Source: Eledone cirrhosa (taxonomy: Eukaryota). Taken from it: a DNA stretch of 64,000 nt. Under the pieces are notes generated by a model that was not told the DNA's origin, searched no databases, and saw only the letters and a program-made list of their open reading frames with translations. Below are positions 26,628-42,960 of this stretch, piece by piece; position 1 is the first letter of the stretch; the number at the start of each line of letters is the position of its first letter. Both the position numbers and the translations under genes were made by a program. The stretch covers positions 17,360,001 through 17,424,000 of the forward strand of contig OZ024761.1 in assembly GCA_964016885.1 (NCBI GenBank), written 5' to 3'.

Positions 26628-28250
26628 TACATCTATCTATATATACATATATAAAGATATGTATACATATACATGTGCATGTATGTGTATTGTTAAGTGG
26701 ATTATTGAATTGTCCCTCATTAAGAAAAGTAATTAGCAGTAATTAAAATTTTGTTTTTCTGTTTTGTTTTATGGACGTTAAATGATGATGGTGATAAATA
26801 ATCCTTAAGACTGCAATCTAAGCTAATATTTTGTTGTGATGGGCTCCCGTGTAAGGTGCACAACTCTGCTTGCCTTAGTCAGTCTGATCATCATCATCAT
26901 CATCACTGTTTAACATCCATTTTTCCATGTTAGCATGGGTTAGGCCGGTTGTCCCATTGCAAGACAAGTTAGATCAGATGACCGTGTCTTGTTCATACAG
27001 AACTGTTTCTAGCATGGTTTCTATGGCTGGATGCCTTCCTAACACCAACCACCTTTTCGTTGCTGATACTACCTGCTAATCATAACACCTGCCAGAATAA
27101 TATCACCCACCCACCACCCTTTGATTGGTATTTTTTTTATGGACCCTGAATAGGTGAAAGGTAAAGTTGACCTTAGTAGGATTTGAACTCTGAATGCTGT
27201 GATCCAGAGCAATTACCAAGGTATTTTTTATCGACACTCCTAATGACTCTGCCAATTCACCCTTATGTTCATCATAAAGGTAGCATGCATGGTCCCATAA
27301 CTCCTGGGGGTGTTGTAGGGGCACTGTATTGACATACAGTGTTTCTAGGGCATTTAAAAAATGTTTCTAAATCTGGCAGAGCCCATCTTCTCTCCAGGTT
27401 TGAATACAACAGATTTCTTCCAGAGAAGGATAAAGAGTGAGAGAATGAAAGTGAGAAAGAGATATAGAGGAAGAATCGACCCCAGTACTAGACTGGTACT
27501 TTTTTTTTATCGGCCTCGAATGAATAAAAAGCAGGATTTGAACTTAGCAAAGAACCAAAACAAATACCACATAGCATTCTAGCCAACGTTGTACCACCTC
27601 TGCCAAGTTACCACAATTGGGATAGCGTAGCATTAGTTTAAGATACAGACCAAGAAAATGTTTCAGCTAGTTGACCAGACTGTTCATCTAAAACACAATT
27701 TGGGGTGACCACTGGTCATGCTAGTAACTCTTAACATCCTATAATGATTCAGCAGAAAATATCTGAAACAAAGTTTCCAAATTCAAATATTTACAGTCTC
27801 TTTGCTGGTGGACAGATCGTTGTGAAAATGTGCAGTGTTATAGTAAAGACTTTGATATTTAATATAGTACAGTCATATTGTTAATTTGTACTTTTCAAGA
27901 ATGTCTTGCAAATGTGGTTTCATGAGGTTTGTTAATTTAAATATTTATAGTATGTTTACTAATGGATAGATGATCATTGTGAAAATTTGCAGTGTTAGAG
28001 TAAAGATTTTAATTTTTAATGTGATGCAGTCATATTGTTGTTTTGTACTTTTCAAGAATGTTTTACTAATGTGCTCTCATGTGGTACAGGACGTTAAATA
28101 TTTCTTGGTTGCTTTTGATGAGGCACAGAGCCAAATTAATGGAAAAGGTGAGAACAAAGTAGAAATTTGACCTCCAACTGGGGACCAAATATCAATATTG
28201 ATATAAAATTTGATTTGAGTTATCTGAAGTGCCAGACTTACAATAGCACA

Positions 28251-28289
<39 letters not shown>

Positions 28290-29523
28290 CATCAATATTA
28301 TTATATTAGGCAGTAAGTTGGTAGTATCGGAGAGTGTCAGACAACATTCTTTGTGCACATAGTTACATCCCTTTGCATTGTGAGTTCAAATCCCATCAAG
28401 GTTAGCTTTGCCTTTCATCCTTACGGGGTCAATAAAATAAAATACCAGTCGTGCACTGGAGTCAATTTAATTGATTTCTCCTTTCCCCAAAATTGTTGGC
28501 TTCATGCCTAAATCAGAAGCCATTGTAAATAGATAAATAATTAAGTATTAAAAAAAAACATTATTTTGTTGTGGTTGGTGGTGGTGGATAATAAGTTCAT
28601 TTTTCAACCTGTTGGTCGCAAGTTCAATCCCAAGGGGTAGGTCCTTATGCAAGCATCTTTCCATCTTTGTACTGTTCAGGTTGACCAATAACTTGCCAGT
28701 ATATAGCTATATAGCAGACACACACATATATATGAAAATTTATGTAAAATGGTGCTGACGATGATGATGATGAAGAAGTATGTATGTATGCATATATATA
28801 TGTATATATATATAGGCGCATGGCTGAGTGGTTAGAGAATTGGATTCACAATCGTGAGGTTGTGATTTCGATTCCCGGACTGGGTGATATGTTATGTCCT
28901 TGAGCAAGACACTTTATTTCATGTTGCTCCTTCTGCCTGGATTTGCGACCGACAGATAGTATCAGCAATTGGAAAGACCAGTGGAAACATTGTTTCCTCG
29001 GTCTGATTTCATGAACACCACCCCACACATTAAGCAAATGAGGACTGGGATCTTGTCGATCAACTTTCGTTATATATATATATATATATATATGCTTGTG
29101 TGTGTGAAATAACAGAGTAATATAATAAAATCATCATCATCATCATCACCGTTTTACGTCCGTTCTTCCACGCTAGCATGGGTTAGACGGGTTGTCCTGT
29201 TGTGGGCAGTGTCTGGTCGGCTGACCATGCCTTGCTCATACAGGAACTGATTTGGCTTGATTTCTACAGCTGGATGCCCTTCCTAACACCAACCTCATTT
29301 ACAGTGAGTGCTGGGTGCTTTTTCGTGCACTTTACAGTGTGGGCTGGGTGCTTTTTTGCCGTGGCACCTCCACAACCACCTTGCGGTGGGAGGTATGGGG
29401 GCATAAAAACCGTAAAAAATCGTAAAAATGGTCATGATGATAATAATCTTTTCTTCGGTATTGAGCACTATTTCAAATGTATGTACATATATGTGCACAT
29501 ATATGCATATATATATCTATCTA

Positions 29524-29555
<32 letters not shown>

Positions 29556-30023
29556 GTTGTGGTAAGGAGCCAGATGGACCATAATGCTCCAGAGTGCTCT
29601 ACTTAGGGTAGTAGCGTGGCTAATAGGTAAATGTATGACCCCGACGGCAGAGCTCAAGCCGTTTTGACGGCTATTTCTGAGTCCAGAAATAGCCGTCGAA
29701 ACGGCTTGAGCTCTGCCGTCGGGGTCATACATTTTCCTATATATATGCATATATATATATATATGATCATTCATTCATGATCATATATATATATATGCAT
29801 ATGTATGCATATATATATATATATGTATATGTATGCATGCATGCATATATATGTGTATATATATATATATATATGCATATGTATGCATATATATATATAT
29901 GTATATGTATGCATGCATCCATATATATGTGTGTATATATATATATATGCATATATATATATATATATATATGTATATGTATGCATGCATGCATATATAT
30001 GTGTGTATATATATATATATATA

Positions 30024-30100
<77 letters not shown>

Positions 30101-30570
30101 GTATGAATGTATGTATATATGTATGCATGCATGTATATAAATTGTACTGTTCATTATTTGCGAAATACAAAATACCAAAATGCTTTACTTTGCCAGTCAA
30201 TTCTAACTGGAAATGAGTGTGTACGCATCAGGAAATTTTTGGAAATCCATTTCCAATGAAATAGTAACTACTATGGCCCCCTTCCTTCCTTCTTCCTCCT
30301 CCTTCAGTGTAATAGTAGCTATAGCTATAGCCCCCACTCCCTTCTACTGACATTGAGGCTGGATTATTTTACACTAGTCTAACTCCATTTTTTCTTTTTG
30401 TTGTTTTTGTTTGTTTTGGGGGTTTTTTTTTTTTTTTGTTTTGATTCATACATTTTGTAATGATGAAAGATCGATAAAAGTGAAAATAAATTCCCCCTCT
30501 CTGTATCTGACTGTCTCTCTCTCTCTCTTTCTTTATATATATATATATGACTGTCACTCTCTTGCTCTTC

Positions 30571-30630
<60 letters not shown>

Positions 30631-30681
30631 ATATATATATATATATATATGACTGTCACTCTCTCGCTCTTTCTCTCTATA

Positions 30682-30716
<35 letters not shown>

Positions 30717-30809
30717 GACTGTCACTCTCTCTTTCTCTATCTCACTGTCACTCTCTCTCTCTCTCTCTCTCTCTTTATATATATATATATGACTGTCACT
30801 CTCTTGCTC

Positions 30810-30910
<101 letters not shown>

Positions 30911-30931
30911 CTGTCACTCTCTCGCTCTTTC

Positions 30932-31002
<71 letters not shown>

Positions 31003-31343
31003 CTGTCACTCTCTCTTTCTCTATCTCACTGTCACTCTCTCTCTCTCTCTCTCACTCTCACTCTCACTCTCTCTCACTCTCTCACTCTCTCTCTCTCTCT
31101 CTCTCTTGCTGGAGTCAGACTAAAACCTGGCTTCATTCTGCAGGGAAAGAAGTCTCTGTTTGTGTCCACACATATATATACATACGAGTGTGTACATTTA
31201 TATATAGGTGTGTGTACATACTTGCATATGCACACACACACCTATATATATATATGTGTGTGTGCATACAAATACTGATGATATGTATGTGTAATATATA
31301 TATATATATGAGTCTATATATATATATATAAAATATATATATA

Positions 31344-31385
<42 letters not shown>

Positions 31386-31695
31386 ACATACTCGCATATG
31401 CACACACACCCATATTCATATATATATATACATACATACATGCATGCATGTATATGTATATACATGTATATGTACATACATGTATATGTACATATATATA
31501 TGTACATACATGTATATGTACATATATATATATACATACATGTATATGTATATATATACATGCATGCATGCATGTATATATATACATGCATGCATGCATG
31601 TATATGTATACATATACATGCATGCATGTATATATATACATATACATGCATGCATGTATATGTATATATATATATATGTATATATATATGCCTGC

Positions 31696-31741
<46 letters not shown>

Positions 31742-32404
31742 GCAGGCATACATATATACATACATACACAAACACACATGCTTGCAGCAGCATTAGCTGC
31801 TGCAGTTGCTACTACTACTACTACTACTGCTGTTGTTGCTGCTGCTGCTATCGTAATTCTCTTCTTGATCAACATCATCATCATCAACAACAACACCACC
31901 AACATCATCATCATCATCATCATCATCATCAACATGACCATCTTCCATAGTAGTTACAATACTATTACTATCCTCCACATCCTGTGTTTATTCTATGTCT
32001 GTATTAAGTCTACATTGTATTTATATGTTTATATATTACATATTAGCTACTATACATTATATTAGATGTTATGGTTGTATATCAGTGAGAGGAGAGGAAA
32101 GCCGATCAAATCGGCCCCCAGTGCATTACTGGTACTTTATTTTATTGACCATATTTTGCATATAATATTAGTAAATATCAGTGTATTACTGGTACTTTAT
32201 TTTATCGACCCCGTAAGGATGAAAGGCAAAGTTAATCCCGCCACGGTTAACTTTGCCTTTCATCCTTACGGGGTCGATAAAATAAAGTACCAGTAATACA
32301 CTGGGTAGTTGCTGGCCTTGTGCCAAAAGTAGAAACAAATATTAGTAAATATCATATTAGGTATTATGTTACATATATTCGATGTTGTGTTACATATCAT
32401 ATAG

Positions 32405-32730
32405 AAAGTGGTAGTGCTGTTGCCATGGTAAAATGCACCCGGTACGCTCTGTAAATTGGTGGTCCTGGTTCCAAGGTAAAAATGCACCCGATACCATCTG
32501 CAAAATAGTAGTGCTGGTGCCATGGTATAATGCACCCGGTACACTCTGTAATGTGGTAGTGCTGGTGCCATGATAAATTGCACACAGTACACTCTGTAAA
32601 GTGGTAGTGCTGGTGCCATGATAAAATGCACCCAGTACACTCTGAAAAGTTATAATGCTGGTGTCATGATAAAATGCACCCACTACACTCTGAAAAGTTA
32701 TAATGCTGGTGCCTTGATAAAATGCACTTG
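32405..32730. repeat. ~51-bp minisatellite resembling RTE/SINE tail sequence
   Basis: GTGCTGGTGCCATGATAAAATGCACCCAGTACACTCTGTAAAGTGGTA, about 6 copies. Confidence 0.75.
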
Positions 32731-33560
32731 GTGCGTTATATGTTAAAACCAATCTCATCTTGTTCATATGTTCCACCACCAACGCCTTCACCACCAGCAA
32801 CAACAACACTATCACCACCAACACCATTACCACCACAACCACTACCACCAACACCACAACCCACAACCACCACCACCAATAATACTACAACCACGACCAC
32901 AACCAACAATAACAACCAACACCATTACCCCCACAACCACTACCACCAACACCACTACAACCAACACCACAACCCACAACCACCAATACCACTACCACCA
33001 CCACTACCACCACCACCACAACCCACAACAACCACCACCACCACAACCACTACCACCAACACCACAATCCACAATCACCAACACCACAACCCACAACAAC
33101 CACTACCACCAACAACCACAACCACCACCACCACCACCACCACCTCTACCACCAACACCACAGCCCACAACAACCACCACCACCACCACCACCACCAGCA
33201 CCACTACCACCAACACCATAACCCACAACAACCACCACCACCAGCACCACTACCACCAACACCACAACCCACAACAACCACCACGACTACCACCAACACC
33301 ACAACCGACAACCACTACCTCCAATAATACTACAACCACCACAACCACCACCACCACCACCACCACCACCATCACCAACACCTTATTTCACTTTAATCTT
33401 CTCTTCCTTTGAGATTTCCATCTGGTTGGGGGATAAAAACTGTTCACTTTGAAGTTTATCTATTTTTTATTTGTACCACCTTGCTGTTAAAACACAATTT
33501 AGAAGGATAGATAGATAGATAGATAAACAGAGAGAGAGAGTGAAAGAGGGAGAAACAGAA

Positions 33561-33595
<35 letters not shown>

Positions 33596-33598
<3 letters not shown>

Positions 33599-33918
33599 TC
33601 ATCATCATCATCATCATCATTTTTACGTCCGCTTTTCCCTGCTTGCAAGGGTGGGACGGGAACTGATTCTGGCTTGATTTCTACAGCTGGATGCCCTTCC
33701 TAACACCAACCTCATTTACAGTGAGTGCTGGGTGCTTTTTTGCCGTAGCACCTCCATGACCACTTTGCAGTGGAATGATAGGGACCCCAGTCCCTATCAT
33801 CTCATTTCTACAGCTGAGTGAACTGGAACAATATGAAATAAAGTCTCTTGCTCAAGGAAACAACACATCACCCGGTCTGAGAATTGAACTCACAGCCTTT
33901 CGATTGCAAGGCCAATGT
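33596..33918 (-). mobile_element. SINE family S1 copy
   Basis: Reverse complement of the 26292-26627 copy. Confidence 0.85.
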
Positions 33919-34596
33919 TCTCGAATGAGATATAGATAGATAAACAGAGAGAGAGAGAGCGAAAGAGAGACAAACAGAAAGATATATATATGTATATATA
34001 TATATATATTTATATATACAGAGAGAAATAGAGAGAGAGAGAGATTTCGAAGGAGATATAGATAGATAAACAGAGAGAGAGAGAGCGAAAGAGAGACAAA
34101 CAGAAACATATATATATGTATATATATATATTTATATATACAGAGAGAAATAGAGAGAGAGAGATTTCGAAGGAGATATAGATAGATAGAGAGGGAGCGG
34201 TGTGGAAGGTGGAGGGAAGGAGAAAGAGAGATAATTAAAGAGAGAGAAATAGAGAAACAGATAGGGTGGAAACGAGACAGACAAGGAGAGAGAGTGGTGG
34301 GCAGAGGAAGAAAGAGAGAGACAATCAAACCAATAGTTGTATGGATAGAGAGAGACAGGTGGAGAGAGAGAGAGAGAAAGAGAGACAGTTGGACGGATAG
34401 AGAGAGAGAAACAGAGTGAGGCAGAGACTTATTTTGTTATATTTAGTGAAGCCAACCCAGTTCATTGCTCCATATTTGCCCTGCCCCATATTTTCCATTT
34501 CTGTATGTTATTAATATGGTGTTAGCTAATATTTTCCCCTCCTAACATTTCTTAGAACATCAAAACAAAACAGTTCCTTTAATTTAGGTTAATGGT

Positions 34597-35770
34597 AACA
34601 TACATACATACATACACACATGCATACACACATACATACATACACACATGCATACACACATACATACATACATACATACATACATACATACATACATACA
34701 TACACACATGCATACACACATACATACATACATACACACATGCATACACACATACATACATACATACATACATACATACATACATACATACATACATACA
34801 TACATACATACATACATACACACATGCATGCATACATACACACATACACATACATACATACATACATACATACATACATACATACATACATACATACACA
34901 CACACATACACATACACACATATACATACACACATATACATACACATACATACATGCATACATACATACATACAGACATACATACATATGCATACACATA
35001 CATACATACTTACATACATGCATACACACATGCATGCATTCATACACACATACACATACACACATATACATACACATACATACATACATACATACAGACA
35101 TATGCATACATACATACTTACACATATACATACATGCATGCATGCATACATACACACACACATACACACATATACATACACATACATACATACATACATA
35201 CATTCATACAGACATGCATACATACTTACACACATACATACATGCATGCATACACACATGCATGCATTCATACACACATATACATACACACATATACATA
35301 CACATACATACATACATACATACATACAGACATATGCATACACATACATACTTACACACATACATACATGCATGCATACATACATACGCACATGCATGCA
35401 TTCATACACACATACACATACACACATATACATACATACATATGCATACACATACATACATACTTACATACATGCATGCATGCATTCATACGCACATACA
35501 CATACACACATATACATACACATACATACATACAGACATATGCATACACATACATACATACCTACATACATACATGCATGCATGCATACATACATACACA
35601 CATGCATGCATATGTACATACATACATACACACATATATACATACATACATGCATACATACATACACACATGCATGCATATGTACATACATACACACATA
35701 CATACACACATGCATACATACATACACACATACGTACACACATGCATACATACATACACACACACATACA
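34597..35770. repeat. Long compound (CATA/CACA/CATG)n microsatellite
   Basis: 1.2 kb of alternating purine-pyrimidine repeats; source of many spurious ORFs. Confidence 0.9.
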
Positions 35771-36120
35771 GTTCTGTTGCCTCTATGTCTGCTGTGTAAC
35801 TAGCTAGCTGTAACTCTGTTTTACTACACGTATCTTCTTGCGTATGAGACTGTTGCTGTCTCAGCTTGTCCTCGTTCACCTGATTGAGATCAGGGATCAG
35901 TTTCCAGGGCCCACTGCAAGGAGGTCGACAAACGTGGACCCCAAAAATGTATGCGTTTGTATGTATGTATGTATGTATGTATGTATGTATGTGCACTTGT
36001 ATGTATATATATATATGTGTGTATGTATGTGTGTATGCATGCATGTGTGTTTGTATGTATATGTGTGTATGAATGTATGAATGTATTCTTCCATGTATAA
36101 CTTGAACTCCAGGACATATA

Positions 36121-36156
<36 letters not shown>

Positions 36157-36407
36157 ATGATCATCGTTTAACGTCTATCTTCCACACTAGCATGGGTTAG
36201 ACGGGAATTGTCTCATTTGAGGCAAGATTGGTTGGGTGACCGTTTCTCGCTCGAATAGGACTGTATCTGGCGGGTTTCCTACGGCTGGATGCCCTTCCTA
36301 CACCAACCACATTTACAGTGTGGACTGGGAGCTTTTTACCATGTTACCTACACGACCACATTACAGAGTTTTGTAGCTTGCTTGAAGCATTGTTTAATAG
36401 GAAACAC

Positions 36408-36586
36408 AAATTTAAATTTTGAAGACCAACACAGTGTGTATGGAGAATGTTAAACTGCCAAAATAACAAAAGAATCTTACCTTAGCAAATTTAACGATCG
36501 TTAAATTTGCTACGGTAAGATCCTTTGTTATCTTGGCAGTTAAACATTCTCCATACGCATTGTGTTGGTCTTCAAAATTTAAATTT
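36408..36586. repeat. Palindrome with ~90-bp arms and no spacer, next to (TA)n
   Basis: Centre TAGCAAATTTAACGATCGTTAAATTTGCTA; ends AAATTTAAATTTTGAAGACCAACACA/TGTGTTGGTCTTCAAAATTTAAATTT. Confidence 0.85.
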
Positions 36587-38174
36587 ATATATATATGTAT
36601 ATTAACACCAGCATAAATGTAAGTGGCACAGAATTCATGTTAGAAAATGTGCAACACCAACAGAAATGTAACCTTAAAAATGAAACTTTGATAAACTACT
36701 TATAGCAAAACTGGTTAGTTCAAAAACTAATTAGATATCCATGATAGTTTCTACAAAGCCGTCTATTAAAAATAAATTTAATTCCTTTTGTGTGAACTAA
36801 TTTATTTTCATTGTGTAAATAAATGTGCACGTAATATATATATATATATATATATAACGATGATGATGATAATATTGATATATGTTTATAATACATTAGG
36901 TGGATCTTTAAATCTTTATTATTATTTCCTATCATCATCATCATCATCATTGTTTAACATCTATCTTCCATGTTAGCATGGGTTAGATGGGAATTGTCCC
37001 ACTTGAGGCAAGATTAATCAGGTGACCGTGTCTCGCTCATATAAGACTGTATCTGGCAGGTTTTCTATGGCTGGATGCCCTTCCTAACACCAACCACATT
37101 TACAGCGTGGACTGGGTGCATTTTGTCGTGACACCTACACGGCCACTTAAGTGTGGACTGGATGTTCTGTGGTACAAACATAACTTTACAGAGATAACTT
37201 ACATATATATTCAATCCATTCAATCCAGGGCCTTTTCACTCCTACTGGAGAACCCCTTCCTGTTTGATTGCCACCGTTTTTGGTCTTGCTCATGTCAGAG
37301 GTATAGCTGTACTCACCACACTTGGCCAATTGTGGGTTGGTGAGACATATATATATATACAGATAGATAGATAGACATGCTAGCATGGAAGATGGACGTT
37401 AAACGAAGATGATGATGATGATTATAGATATGTATATATATATTACATTAGAAAGAGTTGGGGCCCAACGGTTGAGCTCTTGTTATTTCAATAGCTAGTC
37501 CCAGACTGCAACTAGCTATTGTAATGGTTAGAGCTCGGCTGTCAGGCCCCGACTCTTTCTAATATAGTCACAGTCTACTATTCCAAGTGCCGAGTACTCT
37601 GTTAGGTAATGTTCTAATTAGTTTAATACTGCTTTAATCCTGATATATATATATAACATAGAACATGGTCACCCTTCTATATCTTTACTAATATATCATA
37701 GATCCTGACCATCCCAGTATATTTTTATGATGATAAAAAAAAGTCATAGGCAGACCAAAATACTCTCATGGAATGACCAAATGAGGTTTATTTTTCAACA
37801 TAGTTCCTGGAAAGAAACAATGCAGTTATTAATAAGAAGAGCTGAAATTAATTCATGCAAAATTTAACAGCTCTAGCATCACTTCTTCATAATCAGCCTA
37901 TGAACTTTTCCGACTACCCACATAGATCCTGGCCACCCCTCTAAATCTTTATTATCATATATAAATCCTGATCACCACTCTATATCTTTACATACATCCT
38001 GACCACCCCTACATATTTGTTTTAAACTCACCCACATTTACCTCTGAATATTTATGAATTAAAACTAAAAAAAAACTTCTCACACTTTTTACTATTAGTT
38101 CCTCCACTAATTCTCATACTCTACATACTTGTTTGTGTAGGAGCTATATATATATATATGTGTGTATGTATATG

Positions 38175-38210
<36 letters not shown>

Positions 38211-39229
38211 TTATACACTATATATGCAATATGAAGTGTGCTATATTTAACTTCCTTGATTCTCTACTTCACTGTACAAACAACTTGTGTGTTACTTCCA
38301 CCTTTGAGACACACCACTACCCCCTTCTCCTCCACTACACCACCCCTTTCTTGTTTCACTCCACAGCACCACCACCTCCATTGTCCTGCTTTGCTCAACC
38401 CTACTCTACAACCACCACCACCACCACCACTGCCACCCTTCTCAGCTCCATTCCATCACCACTACTACCCTTTTTACACCACCTCCACCCCCTGCCTGCT
38501 TTACTCCAACTCCACCACCACTACCAACCATCACCCCCACCCTAATCATCCTTCTCTGCTCCACTCCACCACCTCCCTGCTTTACTCCAACTCCACCATC
38601 ACTACCACCACTACCAACCATCACCACCACCACCACCACCACCTTTCTATAATACACCACCCCAGTCTTCCCCACTCCCCTCCATCCATCAGAAAGTCAA
38701 TGCTTGGTTTCTTTTTCTTCTTGGGAACTTGATTGACAAGAAACTAGCTACAACACAGGTATGGTTGGGTGGACACCTGTGTTTGGAACATAACTTAACA
38801 AAGGTTCTTACATGAAATTGTGGTGGAAAGTTTTTTAGATAAATATAAACACTTTAAAATAAGCTGTCACACCCCACTCATGAAATTATGATAGAAGGTT
38901 TTAATTAAATTGCCCCCCCCCCCCCCTCCTGTTACTAAGTTGTTTCAAGTTGTTCGGTATCAAAAGGGTTAATTTTTAATGTTAAGAATCTTATTTTATG
39001 TGATATTAAATCTTCAATTATGTAAAGTAAAGTAAATTAGGGGTGCTAAAAACTTGGGACAGGTGTTGGGGGAACAACCATGCAACTGATTAGTCTAGCA
39101 CCTAAGTAGACCACTACTGGGTTTACCTTAACCCTAACCCAAACCTGAACTCTAGGTTAGTCTAGCGCCAAAATAGACCACAGTAGGATTTACTCTAACC
39201 AAATCCTAAGTTTGTCTAGCACCCAACTA

Positions 39230-40092
39230 CACCACAGCAAGATTTACCCTGACCCTGACCCAGTCTAGCACCCAACTAGACCACAGCAAGATTTACCCTG
39301 ACCTTAACCCAGTATAACACCCAACTAGACCACAGCAAGATTTACCCTGACCTTAATCCAGTCTAACACCCAACTAGACCACAGCAAGATTTACCCTGAC
39401 CCTGACCAACACCCAACTATACCACAGCAAGATTTACCCTGACCTTAACCCAGTCTAACACCCAACTAGACCACAGCAAGATTTACCCTGACCCTGACCA
39501 ACACCCAACTATACCACAGCAAGATTTACCCTGACCTTAACCCAGTCTAACACCCAACTAGACCACAGCAAGATTTACCCTGACTCTGACCAACACCCAA
39601 CTATACCACAGCAAGATTTACCCTGACCCTGACCAACACCCAACTATACCACAGCAAGATTTACCCTGACCCTGACCAACACCCAACTATACCACAGCAA
39701 GATTTACCCTGACCTTAACCCAGTCTAGCACCCAACTAGACCACAGCAAGATTTACCCTGACTTTAGCCCAGTCTAGCAGCCAACTAGACCACAGCAAGA
39801 TTTACCCTGACCTTAACCCAGTCTAGCAGCCAACTAGACCACAGCAAGATTTACCCTGACCTTAACCCAGCCTAGCACCCAACTAGACCACAGCAAGATT
39901 TACCCTGACTTTAGCCCAGTCTAGCAGCCAACTATACCACAGCAAGATTTACCCTGACCTTAACCCAGTCTAGCAGCCAACTAGACCACAGCAAGATTTA
40001 CCCTGACCTTAACCCAGTCTAGCAGCCAACTAGACCACAGCAAGATTTACCCTGACCTTAACCCAGTCTAACACCCAACTAGACCACAGCAT
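39230..40092. repeat. Minisatellite with mixed 49-bp and 43-bp units
   Basis: CAGCAAGATTTACCCTGACCTTAACCCAGTCTAACACCCAACTAGACCA and the shorter variant ...CCCTGACCCTGACCAACACCCAACTATACCA. Confidence 0.9.
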
Positions 40093-41447
40093 TACTTATA
40101 TAAAGATAATACACAATGAGCCAGAACAAACACTACAAGTCATCTTGTCTGACACACTAAACCACTCTGCTAACACAACATTCTAAACGGGAAGAAGAGG
40201 TTTGTGTGTGTGTGTGGGGGGGGGGGGGGGGGGGGGTACTTGAACTTTGAATATGTGGAATGGAACGGAACTGGAAGGCAGATTGTCCAACACTCTAACC
40301 CATGTCTATCACTGAATCAGGTGTTGAAATATCTAACTATAAATAGCCAGGTAGATAGGAAAACTGCTCAATAGATACACACACACACATTTATATATAG
40401 AGAGAGATAGAGAGATAGGCAGATAGATAAATACATAGAAAGATAGACAGACAGGTAAATATTTGGACGAGAGAGTGGAGAAGAGAGATGCAGGTAGATA
40501 GAAAGATAGATAGGCAGGCAGGCAGATAGATAGAAAGATGGACAAACAGAGAGACAGACACACAGATAGTTATATAGAGGGATAGGGTAGCAGGTCAATT
40601 GTCGTGTATATCATTGCACTTAAGATTGAACTTACAAATACAGCTATTGTAATTTTGGTGGTGGTGGTGGTGGTGTAATTTTGGTGGTGGGGGTCTTCAG
40701 TGTTTCTGTAGAGGGTGGAGGTGGTGAGGGTATATCAGTAGAGTTGTGAGGTAGGGGGGGGGGGGGTCAGTACTGCTGGTGGCTGGTGGTGGGGGGAATA
40801 GGGGTATTCCAGTACAGCCGAAGGGTGGGTGTTGGTGATGGGTATTTTAGTACAGTTGTAGGGGTGGGGTGCGGATGGAACCCCCCCACCCCCCACCCCC
40901 AAGAGAAAACAAAAGAAGGCAAAAACTCAACAACCCAAGTTAATAGACTGAAGAAAGTAGCAAGAGATTAGAGTTATTGATGGTGTTATAAATAGTTTGG
41001 TGTGTGTGTATATATATATATATATGTGTGTGTGTGTCTGTCTGTGTCTGCAGAAGTGTGTATGTATGTCTGTAGATGTGTATGTATGTATGTACACGTG
41101 TGTGTGTATGTGTGTGTATTCACATATATATGTATGTGTACGTATGTGTGTATGTATCTGTGTATGTGTATATATATATATATATATGTATTTATGAATG
41201 TATGCATGTATATATGTGCATATGTATGCATGTATATATATATATATATATATATACATACATATATATTTTCATTTATATATATATGTATTTATGAATG
41301 TATGTATATACATATATATGTGTGTGTCTGTCTGTGTCTGCAGAAGTGTGTATGTATGTCTGTAGATGTGTGTGTATGTATGTACACGTGTGTGTGTGTG
41401 TGTATTCACATATATATTTATGCGTACGTATGTGTGTATGTATCTGT

Positions 41448-41497
<50 letters not shown>

Positions 41498-41554
41498 TTA
41501 TGAATGTATGCATGTATATATGTGCATATGCATGCATGTATATATGTATGCATG

Positions 41555-41602
<48 letters not shown>

Positions 41603-41619
41603 CATATATATTTTCATTT

Positions 41620-41654
<35 letters not shown>

Positions 41655-41942
41655 TTCATTTATATATATATATGTATTTATGAATGTATGTATATACATA
41701 TATATGTGTGTGTGTGTCGAGTAATAGTTGGCTGTTAATTATGACATAGAGACCAAATCCTATTTGAATCTTATCAGCCATAACACAGTCCTCCTCTTTC
41801 TCCATTAACAACAACAACAATAGTTTCACTTCCATTTCTTCTTCAATGAAATCTTCAGCTAACAACAACAGCAGCAACAATGGCTCTGAAACACCCGCGA
41901 TTTAAATTCTATCCTAACTGAAGTATAATATAACTAAGGAAA

Positions 41943-42040
<98 letters not shown>

Positions 42041-42091
42041 CGAAGGACGTATATATATATTGAGAGAGGATACATATATATATATGAGGAA

Positions 42092-42137
<46 letters not shown>

Positions 42138-42149
42138 ATATGTATATGT

Positions 42150-42960
42150 ATGTATGATGCTTGTAAACAAACAGCAATGTTACATGACAGTGAGACATGG
42201 GCATTGTGTGCAGAGGATCTGTGCAGACTAGAAAGGAACGAAGCATGCATGCTCCGTTGGATGTGTAATAGTAATTTGCACGAACGGCAAAACATGAATG
42301 TACTAAGTGAGAAATTAGGAATAAGAGGGATCAGATGCTGTTTACTCAAGAGAAGACTACGTTGGTACGGTCACATGATGCGCATGAAAGACGACAGCTG
42401 TATAAAAAAGTGCTGGCCGATCAAAGTTGATGGAAGTTATGGAGTAGGTAGACCCAGAAAAACCTGGGACGACATGATAAAGTCCGACCTTGCTCACTTG
42501 CACCTCTCTAAGACAATGTCACTGGGTCGAGATCTTTGGCGCCACCCAATATTACTGAAGACCCGCCTTTCCTATGTGCAAAGTTAACCTACAGTCAGTA
42601 GGCCCCACTCTCCAACCCACTACCCCTACTCCATCCTCTCACCCCCGCCAACACCACCCTTTCTCTATAAAGTTATGTTGGTACCACAACATCCAGTCCG
42701 AAACAAATGAGGTCGCGTAGGTGTCACGACGAAAAAAAAACACAGTCCACGCTGTAATGTGGCCATGTAGGTAACACGGTAAAAAGCTCCCAGTCCACAC
42801 TATAAATGTGGTTGGTGTTCGAAGGGCATCCAGCCGTAGAAAACCTGCCAGACAGTCCTATACGAGCGAGACATGGTCACCCGACCAATCTTGCCTCAAA
42901 TGAGACAATTCCCGTCTAACCCATGCTAGCGCGGAAGATAGACATTTAATGATGATGATG
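42150..42960 (+). mobile_element. 3' fragment of the same RTE LINE family
   Basis: ORF 42060-42587 (YDAC..TAMLH.SETWAL...[11 protein letters not shown]...GRPRKTWDD) is close to the 24851-25270 copy, followed by the same 3' UTR and (GAT)n tail. Confidence 0.92.

Noticed and set aside
35775-35945. Short unique island between microsatellites with an open minus-strand frame (LIPDLNQVNEDKLRQQQ)
   Set aside because: Too short and no recognisable motif or splice sites; possibly a retroelement scrap, but unsupported.
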